From the NCBI GenBank assembly GCA_051294375.1, contig JBJCIZ010000239.1, positions 5,069,149 through 5,133,148 of the forward strand: a stretch of DNA of 64,000 bases, given 5' to 3'. Source of the DNA: Paraspadella gotoi. Taxonomy: Eukaryota; Animalia; Chaetognatha. The notes under the pieces were generated by a model, which saw only the letters and a program-made list of their open reading frames with translations, was not told where the DNA came from and made no database searches. Positions 52,825-64,000 of this stretch are shown piece by piece (the stretch's first letter is position 1; each line of letters opens with the position of its first letter). Position numbers and translations under genes: made by a program.

Positions 52825-53536
52825 TAGATAGACTTAGAGAGAGAGAGAGAGACGATGCAGAGACGAGAGAGTAGAGAGCAGAGAGAGTGAGAGCGATTTT
52901 AATTATGCTTTAGGGCTCAACAAGGGGATTCTTCCTCCAAGTCGAGAAAGACGCGGATCTTGAGCTTTACTTGTTCTGCCTATTTATTTATTTATTTTAA
53001 TATCCACTAAAAAAGTAAATTACTTATGTTTGGATTTTTCATTCTTTTCTCTATTATGTATTTTACTTTAGCGAAAACAGATTTTGCAATTTTGTTGAAC
53101 AACGAATTCTATTCAAATTATGAACGCTGAGGATTTAACGCCGAAGAACTTGTCCGCTCAATCAAGTAAAACACAAAAGCGAAAAGTTGTGATTACCACA
53201 ATCATTAATTTATTAAAATACCATGAAGTAACTTTTAAAAATCTCAGTTTTCTCGCCCTTTTTCTTTTTTTTATTGTTATCAATTCTTAGTTTTCGTTTC
53301 ACTAATCATATCGTGACTTTATCATCACGTTTGCTTTTTTGTCAGAATTTGTTAAAGTGGATTAGAGAGAGAGAGAGAGAGACGAGAGAGAGAGAGAGCA
53401 GAGATCGGAGATGAGAGGCAGAGAGAGAGGCTTGAGAGAGAGAGAGGAGAGATCACCCACTTCGTTTCAGGAAGATCGCGCCTTTTCTCCGACTTGGAGA
53501 GAATCCCCTTTGATGCTGACCTAAACATAATTTTAA

Positions 53537-53587
<51 letters not shown>

Positions 53588-55663
53588 GCTCTCTCTCTCT
53601 CTCCTTTTTTCTGAATTCATTCTGTTGCGACAGCTGTCATCATTAAGTATGAGCTTAAACGTTTAATTTACATCGGATAGAAAGAACATGAATTGATTAT
53701 TTTATAAATTTAATACTTACTTGACATTGCGTAAATTTTTTTTACTTCAATTTCAATTATTTTTTATTACTTTATTATATTAAATCAATTCACTATTCAT
53801 TCAGCTTACTCATTAAACGCGGACCTTAAATTAGAGATTCAATTTCTCAATGACAAAACGATCTCTCTCTCTCTCTCTCTCCTACCAATTAAATGGTCTT
53901 TTTATAGAACTATATTACTTAATCAATCCTGACCAAATTCAAAAGATCGATGATCGATTGATGATTGAAAATAATGACTGAAACGTTTACAACGACCGTC
54001 TAATACGAACATATATAGGCCAGGAAGAGAAGAGGAAAAAATCTAATGAATTCCGTTTTTAATTAATGAAGAGGATAATTGCGGAAGACACAATTTCCGA
54101 GCGACGATAACGACGACGAGACGATCGACGATGATGATTATTGATGCTCCACATTTGTTTATGGACGTGTGAAGACAGGAATATTAACTGAAGACGACGA
54201 CAAAGACAATGAAAATCGGCAATGACGTCGAGATTGCAGATTAGGAAGCTTAAAGGACATCAACGGGACAAAGACTACAATGTACAAGCCGTCAAGCATT
54301 ACAACGACACAACAACGGAAGAACAACTAGAAAGACAAAGCAGGACATCGCTGACAAAACAAAGGACAATGGCAACGACTGACAACGACGACAACGACGA
54401 CGACGCCGCCGGGCCAAAAAAAAAAAAGGAATTATAACAGACACAAACAAAAGCATTCCTTTGATTGGCTGTTTGTCTTCACGACTATAATCAAAACCAA
54501 TCCCTATTGAGCCGGTAATTAATCGTGGACTCTACGGTAACACATCAGGCATATTAGCGAAGGAGCTTACGGAAGGAGGCTCACTCCCATGAATCGCATT
54601 AACGAAAAGGAGTTCCTTTACTTTTAAAGTGGCTTTCGAAGGGAATTTTTTTGGGTTCAGAAAAAGGATTTCTGGTATCAATTTCAACCGAATAAAACTG
54701 ACAACCTTTAAGAAAAAAAAGGAAGTAGCGTGATGTCCTTTTTTGTCAATTAATTTTAGCTAAGTTCTGATCAGTGCAGAAGCGTAGTTAAAAGTCGTAC
54801 GGATATAGTAAATTCTAAAAAAAAGTAAATAATAATTTAATATCAATACTAAATTCGACTAATTATTTATTTAAAAAAACATATATTTTAAAGAAAATTT
54901 TTTGCTGATAAAGGCTAAAGGAGTAGATGGAGGAGGATGGGAAAGAGGAGGAGGAAGAGGAGGAGGCAGCAGTGAAAAAAAGTTACTTTTCATTCATAAA
55001 AAAAACTTTTTAAAAATTAAACTCGGAAGGCGACGAAGTTTACTAGTGGGCGCCACGAGAGAGGAGAGACAGAGGAAGAGAGCATGAGTAGAGACTCGGA
55101 GAGAGAGAGAGATAGTTGAAAAAAATTTCTTTTTTTTTTCTCCTTTTTATTTCTTCACACAAGTAGTTACATTTTATCTTTCTATGTATTTTCCTTTTAT
55201 TTCGATATTTCTTTAGGCTATTACTTTTTAGAATTCTTCAAAGATGAAAATTTCTGACAAATTTTTAAAAAGTTTTGAAAAACAAACTTTTTATAACTCT
55301 TTAAAGACTTCAGAAATTTCGAGAATTAGGATCTAAATATTTAAAAAAAAATTTTCAAAGTTTTCACAAATTTCTGAAACTTAAGCTTGAAATAGAGCGC
55401 CTTTTGGAAAATATGGTTCGGCCTTTCATCAACCCCGTTATTCTCCTCCTCCTCCTCCCCTCCTCCCCTCTTCCACTTTTCTCTGGTCAAGTGGTTGAGG
55501 TGGCGGACAAAAAGATTTATGACTTTTGATGATGGCGACTGCCTCTTTCAAAAACGAAACATCTAAGAAGAGAACGACGAAACGACGAACTACGATGATA
55601 ACTCTTCTTCTCACGGCTCGCGCATGATTTAAAAAAGATGTCAGGTTTAAACCCTGGGGAAAG

Positions 55664-55702
<39 letters not shown>

Positions 55703-58700
55703 TACGCCCTTTTTCGACTTCATCGGAAACTCGAGGCGCCACATGAGTCCTTCGACGGACTTTTCCCCTCCCACGGCATCCACAGACCGATCCACACCCA
55801 ACCACCAAAACTGTAAACAGCGACCACATCTACTTATTCACACACCTATCGGCTCTCCTTTTTCCCAGGAGAGCCCCGTTTTTAGTCGGATCTGCCTTAT
55901 CAGCAGATCCCGACTCTATTAATCACTTTTCGGTTCGTCGGCTCCGCCCCCTCAATATTGTCGGGCACTCACTATATACTCATGTTAGAACATCGAATTA
56001 TGATAATTATGCCAACAAAAATTGATGTCCGGCTGTCCGCTCCGTCCGTTCCATCCCAACCTAGCAAAACACTCCAATTACTCGTGCATTGGATGGATGG
56101 GATTGGATATGAAATTTTGTGTGGTGGGTAGGAAACTGTGTGATTGAGATGGATATGCAAGTTTCGGGGCGGAATCGTGAAGTGGAAAATTGCGTTTTAA
56201 ATAGAAAAAAAAAATTTAAATTATGAACGCCAATTGCTCATGAGTGGAAGAGGGCAATTGACTTGAAATTTGTTATGATGTAGGAAAGTGTGTGATTGAG
56301 CTGGACTTATAAAGTTTCGATGCGAATCGTCGAGTGAAATGAGTTTAAAATGGAAAAAATAAAAAGTCATTTTTACTTGAAGTATTTTACTTAAATTTTA
56401 CTCAAATTATATGTTTATTAAAAATTGGATAAAGATAAATCGAAATTGAATTCGAGTGTGGGTAGCGAAAGTATGTGCTAAAGCTGTGATATAAATTTTT
56501 TGATGGAATCTTAGGAGTAAAAAAGAGTTCAAATTTATAAAAACCAAAAAACACATTTATTTGAATTTTTTTAAGTTTTTTTTCTCTCTCTATCTCCTCT
56601 CTGATTGTGATTGATTGATTGATGATTGACCAAATTATAGCCAATTGGACAAAAATATGCCACAGTTGACAAATCTTAAGTTATTAAATTTTTGCCGGTT
56701 GACCAGAAATTTCCAGTGAAAGTTTGATCAAGTTTCTGCAAGTTGACCCAAATTCATGGCCTTGCTTGACCAAATCTATGCCAGCTTTTGCAACGAAATT
56801 ATACCAGTTGACCAAATATGCCGCGTTAACCAAAATTATCTTAACTGATCACAATATATGCTTCAGTGGACCAAATTATGTCAGTAGACCAAAGTCTATG
56901 TCAGTTTAACCAAATTATGTCAGTTTGACCAAATTATGCAAGTTGACTTAAATTATGCCAAGCTTGACACATTAGCCTCTATTACCCACTTAATTATCGT
57001 ACGGCAGATCCGACATTCGTTTGTTCTCAAACTTGTTTTTTTCTCGACAAAAAGTAAAAACTTTTAAACTTTTACTCAATTAAGAAAACGTTAAAAGATT
57101 AATCGCTAGGTGAGTCGTTTTATACAATTTTGTACAATTCTTACAGATTATAGAATCGATATACCACTTCATTGATACAGAAGGCACTTACTCTGGGAGT
57201 GAATAAGCAAGACTGTGAGAGAGTCTTGATGAAAGCTTGCAGACACAGAGACTGCTATGTCATTAGCTTGTAAGATGATGGAGGACACAGTCCAGTTCAA
57301 AGTCAGGAGGCAACATACAGGCGTGGGACCCTATATCAAGACAAAAACTTAACGTCCTGCCCTGTCTGAACGATTTGAGATACAGATAATAAAAAATGGG
57401 TGGCAACAGTTTTTTTCTGGCTTTTTACTTTTATATACAATAAACAAAATACATTTTGAAACAATTACAAGGGCGTCGATTGATGTTTTCAAAACATTTA
57501 GTCGTTTTTATGCGCGCGCATTGTATTGCCATATTTGTCAATATTTTATGTGGTCGTTCTGAACATGACTGTTTATGTTTTATCTTAAAATTACCATATT
57601 TTAAAGTTTTCATCACTATCCAATTAAACCTATTTAATTATTTTTCAGAGAAATAAACAAAATTTTAGAAGATTTTAACGAATCATGCTTAAATTGTCAA
57701 AACTTTTTAGTATTTCTTAACGCGGTTATTATGCATTCAGAAAAAATACATGATTTTAATTTAATTATCTGACAATATCGTAATAATTTTTTAATAAAAA
57801 CAGTAACTTACCTGAACCTTACCAGCATACTTCTTAATATTTTTAACCAAAATGCAATGTACACCTTGCCAGAAGCCTGTATTATACTTTTATCGAATAT
57901 GAATATTTTTAACTATTATGTCTTAGAATGAGATTAAACAATATGTATCAAACATTTTATTCCCAAACCACGCCGAGAAAACAGGACAGTTGCCTTTCTG
58001 CTCGAAAAAAAAAAAAGCATTATATCAAAGAATTTTCAAAACAATTATTATATCATCAAAAAGCCAAGAGAGTATTATACGAATATTTATTCAGATTTTA
58101 AAAAATCTTAGAGTTTAGAGTAATGATTTTTTTAAATTTTGTCTCGATATATGGTCCCACCACTGTAGTTTATTTTTTGAATGCATAGTAAATTTTATAT
58201 CAGTTGTACCAAGTTGCTCATTTCATCTTCTCTATTCAATCAATTACTCACTAATTTCTAATAACTTGTCCTACTGTCACAAATGACAATAAAAAATCGG
58301 AGATAAGATGTCACAAATAATCATGAATGTTAACATATCAAATCCTAGATACTCCATCAGTTTGATTTCCCACAAGACAATAATAAGACAGAGAAGAGAG
58401 AGAGAGAGAGGGAGAAAGAAAATGGTAAGTCCTGATGTGAGAGGAAGTATTTTTCATGCTTTCTCAGCTTATGGCTTGATCAAAATTATTCGGCATCAAT
58501 GATCAGGCATCGCGTTTTAATATTCCTTCAGCAATTAATAACAGACATACATAACAAGAATTAATAAAAAAAACCACAAGCAGCTAACAAGAAAAACAAA
58601 AAATAAACACACACAAACTCGCGCAAGATGCGGAAATACTGATACTTGTAAGAAAGATGATGCCGCGAGCAGTTCACCGCCTCCGATCGCACACAAAGGT

Positions 58701-58968
58701 CCAGAAATGCGATCGGGCTGAAGTTTCGGTCACTTCTGGAGGGTGAGAGGCTTAGAGGTTAGAGGGCCCCCGTCGCGCTTTCTTGTTCGAGAATCAGCAT
58801 GGGCCGGCGAACCCGCAGTCCTTTCGGCTTCTAAAGAAAATGCGAGCTCGTGCTACCTCCGGCGCATACGGGTGGATGTTGATTCGCGGGCGAGTAACGG
58901 GGTATGAAATACTACCGCTACATACTTCAGTTTTTCATCGAAAAATTTCTTCCAATTAGTTTTTTTAT

Positions 58969-59420
58969 AATGAGGACGACTATGACGACGATGAAGACAA
59001 CAACGTCAAAGACGAAAACGACGATGACGGCAACGACGATGACGATGATGGAGAAGACGAAGACGACGATGAAGACAACGACGAAGATGACAATGAGGAC
59101 GAAGATGACGTCGAAGATGACAACATCAACGAGGACAGACGACGAAGATGAAGACGACAAAGACGATGAAGATAACGACAAAGATGACGATGATGTCAAA
59201 GACAATGAAAACGAAGACGACGACGATGAAGACCACAACGATGACAAAGACGACAACAATGAAGAAGACGACAACAACAACGACGACAACAAGAAGAAGA
59301 TAACGAAAACTAAGATGACAACGACGATGAAGACGATGATGAAGATGGCAGCGACGACGAAGACGACGACGACGAAATTGACGGCAACTAAGACAACGAC
59401 TAAGACAACGACAACAAAGA
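58969..59420. repeat. Degenerate (GAY/GAA/AAC) trinucleotide low-complexity tract
   Basis: Register shifts within the tract; similar tracts at 37100-37262 and 49055-49490. Confidence 0.8.
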
Positions 59421-61195
59421 TTTCCCGCTCACCATCGGCGCTGACTTGTCCGTTCGGCATTTCCCGCCCTTGTTTTTGCAGTATTCAAATATATTCAAAA
59501 TTTACTTAAAAATATTATTAGCGGAAACCTGATACTTATTAAAATTTTTAAAAAAAGTAAAAAAAATATAGTTTAAAGAAGAATATCACCTTGGTCGAAA
59601 CATGTCCATGTTTTTTATGTTAAACATTATAAACGACCAGTTAACTTGCCTATCGACTCTCCCTCTTTTTATTCCTCAGCATACAATATGACATTAATCA
59701 TTGTGATTATTTTGTTTTTTTAATAATTCTTTCCGCAATGAATAAACGAGAACCAAGACCAAACATAAAAACAACATCAACTATGTAATCAATGCGAGGG
59801 AGGGAAAAAAACTAATAAAACTCCTTTTTTTTCCACTTTGAAATTTTCACCCAACTGAGCTTTTCTCAATTAAGGCAAAAATGACGATGACGAAGACGAC
59901 GACGATGACCATCCTCGTATCGACTTTTAAAGTCGAAGAGCCATTCGATTGCGGGTTCGCCATCGGCGACCATTTGTCCATCCTACATCTCCCGCCTTCT
60001 TGACGGCATAACTTGCAGGTTTCGGTGCAGATTCCGGTTTTCACGACTGAAATTTTACGGATTAGTTTTAACGATTTATTTTTTAAAAAATATATCTTAT
60101 TTGCGACGTAATCAATCATTAGAATTTAAAAACTATAAGATTAAATTTTTTTTTATACTGCACAATATCCATGCGATAAAATAAAAGAAATAAGACAGAA
60201 AAGAGAAGATAGCAACGACGACAACAAGAAGAAGCATAACGAATAAACTAAGATGGACAACGACGATGAAGCAACGATGATGAAGATGGCGAGCGACGCA
60301 CGCAAAGACGACGACGACGAATTGACGGCAACTAAGACAACGACTAGACAACGACAACAAAGATATTCCCGTCACCAGTCGGCGCTGATTGTCCGTTCGG
60401 CTTCCCGCCTTGTTTTTGCAAGTATTCAAAACTATTCAAAATTTAACTTTAAAATAATTATTAGGCGGAAACTACTCTGATTAACATTTTTTTCTCTTAA
60501 AAAAAAAAAAAAAAATATTAAAAAAGTTAAAAAAACATAGTTTAAAGAAGAAGTATCACCTGGTCGAGAACATGTCATGTTTTATTTGTTAAACATTATA
60601 AAACGGAGCCAGTTACCTGCCTATCGACTCTCCCTCTTTTTATTCCTCAGCCATACATATGACATTATCATTGTGATATTTTGTTTTTTTAATTAATTCT
60701 TTCCCAATGAATAAACGAGAAACCAAGACCAAAGACATAAAAACAGACATCAACTATGTAATCAATGCGAGGAGGGGAAAAAAAAACTAGATACCAAACT
60801 CCTTTTTTTTCCACTTTGAAATTTTCACCCAATCTGAGCTTTTCTCAATTAAGGCAAATAATGGACGAATGACGAAGACGACGACGATGCACCATGCTCG
60901 TATCGACTTTTAAATCGAAGAGCCATTCGATTGCGGTTCGCCATCGGCGACCATTTGCTCCATCCTACATCTCCCGCCGTTCTTGACGGCATCAACTTGC
61001 AGGTTTCGGTTGCAGATTCCGGTTTTCCGAACTGAAATTTTACGGCATTAGGTTTTTTGAACGATTTATTTTTAAAAATAATATATCTTAATTTGCGACG
61101 TAATCAATCATTAGAATTTAAAAACTATAAGATCTGAAATTTTTTTTATACTGCACAATATTCCATGCCGAATAAAATAAAAGAAATAAGACAGA
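59282..61195. repeat. ~0.95-kb tandem duplication (59282-60198 / 60220-61195), probable artefact
   Basis: Colinear; the second copy is insertion-rich and breaks the 59847-60046 frame. Confidence 0.85.
59847..60046 (-). CDS. Possible terminal exon: Cys cluster plus hydrophobic C-terminus (GPI-signal or TM-like)
   Basis: Acceptor atttcag at 60047. Frame VKTGICTETCKLCRQEGGRCRMDKWSPMANPQSNGSSTLKVDTRMVIVVVFVIVIFALIEKSSVG-stop. Part of the hydrophobic run comes from a (GTC)n-like tract. Confidence 0.38.
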
Positions 61196-61220
61196 TAGTT
61201 AAAGTGAAAAGGTCCTCGTC

Positions 61221-63474
61221 CAGAGTTCCGTTAACCCGTTAATTTTTAGATGAAGAAACTTCCCTAAACCGTTAAAACAAAACTTTAACGGTTAAACCGC
61301 TTAATTTTTATACTTCAACTAAAGTATTTAANNNNNNNNNNNNNNNNNNNNNNNNNTGGTTAAGGAAAAGGTCCTCGTCCAGAAGTTCCGTTAACCGTTT
61401 AATTTTTGGAAGATGAAGAAACTCCCTAAACCGTTAAAACTAAAACTTTAAACGTAAACCGCGTTAATTTTATACTTCAACTAAAGTATTTATGGTATTC
61501 TCTTCTTAAACTCGAAACAGATCTCTCTCTTGGTATTCTCTCTTAAACTCGAAACAGAGCGGAAACATGTCTGTTTTTTATATCAAATAAATTTGTTGTT
61601 GTAACAAAACAAATATCTATGCTAATCTTATAACACAACGAAACAAAAGGATGCCATCGAATTCAAATTCTATATTTTGTTTTCTCTTTCTCTCTTTTGC
61701 TTTCTCTTTTTTTTTTCTACTTCTCTTCCTCATTATTTTTATAGTTGTTAGTTTATTGAACGCTTGTTTTCTGTTGTTAGTCTTTAATAAACCAAGACCC
61801 TAAATATAAATATAAATTTTAATTTATTGATAGACTGGTAGATTTATCGATTGATAAAAAGATTTATTTATTAATAAATATTTTTTAAGTTTAATTAAAA
61901 AGTATATCATCATTATTGAAGGATAGTTTTAGTTAGCCCTAATGTCTTTTTAAAGATTTGTTCCTTCTATTATTAATTTGTAAATTTTTATAATTATTTT
62001 TATTATTTGGTTTTTTTAAAATTTTTTTCATTCATTCGGTTTTATTTCATTTGCTTCTTTGTTTGAGGGAAAGTAAAAGTAAGAAAAAGTAAAATAAGCG
62101 GGTATGGCAACGGGGAGAGATGTGTGATGCCCGGGGTGTGTGGCATCTCCCGACAGCTGGCGATAAGAGTTTTGGACCTGTTGTCACCACGCCATGCCAT
62201 TGGTGTGTTTATGCTAGCGGTAGCCGTCCAAATTCTAATTTTGGTATTAGTTATTGTGTTAAAATATTTTTTTGCAAAAATGTTCCGAACCATGAGTATT
62301 TCGCTAATTAAAATTAGTATATTGCTATATATTATTTTAAAAAAATTTGAATATTTTAAGTTTTTTTAATTGATTCTGATAAAGCTCATAAAGTTAAGAA
62401 AAAAATATAATTACAACTTTTTAAAATTTTGATGTTTTATTACTGAAAATTAGCAAAAACTGCTAAAATCATCGGATGATGATGATGAGGATGATTTTTT
62501 CAGGTTTTTCCCAATTTTGACCCACTTATCATCAAAATATTGAAAAAAGAGTTATATTTTGTGTAGACAACTTTTTATAAGCTATCTGAATCTGCTTTTA
62601 AAAATATAAAATTCAAAAAAAAAATTTTGACATTTCTTATCTATAAATAAATATTAAAAAAATAATTACTAGTACTTTTAGCCATTTTAAAAAATTTTGG
62701 TCCATTAAAAGTTTTTTCAGAAATGTATGAAGTTTCATTTGGGAAGGTTCCCATATAAAATTTCTGACCCACCCTATTGACAAAGTTTGGCTCTATCTAT
62801 GCCGACACCATCACACTTTAACCAGTGTGACCGTGAGTGGAGTGAACACGGAACTCACGGTTGGTGAATGAGTACTTAGCTGTCCAAGCCAAAGGGACAA
62901 GCTGAATTTCACCAAGCTAAACGGGAGGCGAATTTAGGTTTCGCCACAAGGGATTATTTATTTTATAAATTACTTGATGTAATTGCATAAAATTAGTTGA
63001 AAGGAAAAAAGAAAAAAAAATTAGGAAAAAGCAAAAAATAAGAAAAAAATACTGGAAGGATAAAATAAAGGAAAAAGGGAAAAGCAAAGAGAGAAAAAAG
63101 GAGAGAAAAGAAAGAGGGAAAAGAAAAAGGGGAAAAGTGAGAAAGAAAAAGAAAGGAACAGGAGGAGATAAATAAAGGGGAAGAAAGAATAAGAGAGAGA
63201 TTAGGATAGAAAATAAAAAGAAAATAAAGGAAAAAAAGCAGGGAAAAAATGGAGAAGAGAGAGAGGGATAAAAATATGGTGAGAAGGGGAGAGGAGAATA
63301 AGAGAGGACAGAAAAAAAATATTTTTCTTTTACAAATTTAAAGATTTCATACCAAAAAATTAAAAATTTGAAAATTAACCATGTTTAACCGTTAAAACAA
63401 ATATATTAACGGATAAATTAAAATTATTTTTAACTGTTAATAACCGTCAAGGGTTAATGGTTAACGGAACACTA
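61221..63474. mobile_element. Non-autonomous hAT-like DNA transposon
   Basis: Left end cagagttccgttaacc (61221, repeated at 61380 across a gap) and right end ggttaacggaacacta (to 63474) are inverted repeats. Both ends carry multiple aaccgtt/aacgg subterminal motifs. No clean 8-bp TSD and no transposase ORF. Confidence 0.5.
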
Positions 63475-63961
63475 GTCCTACCCCGTTTTTAAGTTCAGAG
63501 TTTCAAAATTATGGCGATCCATATTTTATCCCATTTAGATGGAGAATAGTAAAGGGCATATTTTCCAAAGGCCCCACACTTTAGCTTAAATGCGAAATTG
63601 AATTAAATTTATAAGTATTTAATACTTTATTAATATGATATTAATATTAATTATAGTTTATTTAAATAATAGCGTACAATATGTAATAATTTAGAGTTTA
63701 AGGATAAACATTTGATACCGGAATTAGGTAAAGGTTATGAATTGGGTTCAAAGTATTTGGTTTCTTTCTTTCTCTTCTCTGTTTGGTAATTGTTTAACAT
63801 AGAAAAAAAAAATATTTACAGATAACGATTTTTATTTTAAAAAACAAATTTTGAACCCAATGTTTCGACTTTATTAAAAGCCTTTATCAGCTACATAATT
63901 AATCATTACAAAAATTGCGCGGACAAGGCTTACACTAAGGCCAAAACATGTCCAAAATTTG

Positions 63962-64000
63962 TTTTTAGTCGGATCTGCTTATCATCAGATCCCGACTCTA
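63962..64000 (+). mobile_element. Terminus of another HINE-like copy (runs off the window)
   Basis: tttttagtcggatctgcttatcatcagatcccgactcta, one mismatch to 50848-50886. Confidence 0.7.

Larger units (their letters stand above)
47912..57645. repeat. ~4.8-kb tandem duplication across a 25-N gap (47912-52666 / 52692-57645), probable assembly artefact
   Basis: Colinear over the full length; the second copy is riddled with single-base insertions. Confidence 0.9.

Noticed and set aside
52692-57645. Recent segmental duplication or pseudogenised copy
   Set aside because: The insertion-dominated error pattern and the 25-N junction favour an unpolished long read.
58620-58925. GC-rich block as ncRNA or exon
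   Set aside because: No recognisable RNA family motif and no sustained frame; probably error-rich sequence.
58904-59509. Acidic/Thr-Met-rich 201-aa ORF (and 37091..37753, 49057..49416)
   Set aside because: Degenerate trinucleotide tracts whose register shifts mid-ORF and which are open on both strands; no splice support.

Overview
This is eukaryotic, most likely invertebrate-animal, genomic DNA from a draft assembly. It is AT-rich with spliceosomal GT-AG introns, dense (GA)n/(TCG)n/(TTA)n microsatellites and many N gaps. No prokaryotic features, rRNA, intact tRNA or CRISPR array were seen, and most ORFs in the six-frame track are microsatellite or gap artefacts. By manual splicing I can support four coding loci. 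(1) A minus-strand, phase-consistent five-exon gene (2885->213, continuing off the left edge) encoding a type II membrane protein whose motif order matches the fukutin (FKTN) N-terminal/stem region. (2) A divergently oriented plus-strand gene from ATG 4763 encoding a disordered protein with four DSLPR repeats. (3) A Gln/Pro/His-rich exon at 28528-29054. (4) A possible Cys-rich terminal exon with a hydrophobic C-terminus at 59847-60046 (-). Mobile DNA includes Helentron-associated (HINE/DINE-1-like) elements, a MITE family, a hAT-like non-autonomous element with a hairpin-rich nested insert, degenerate 3' ends resembling HERO-clade non-LTR retrotransposons, and decayed Penelope-type hammerhead-ribozyme motifs. 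One of the latter sits in a 110-bp insert flanked by a 12-bp duplication. Large near-identical duplications, most beside exactly-25-N gaps and rich in small indels, look like long-read gap-filling artefacts. I did not find a demonstrable new biological system. The best leads are the ribozyme-like mini-insert and the 385-bp unit bounded by direct repeats.
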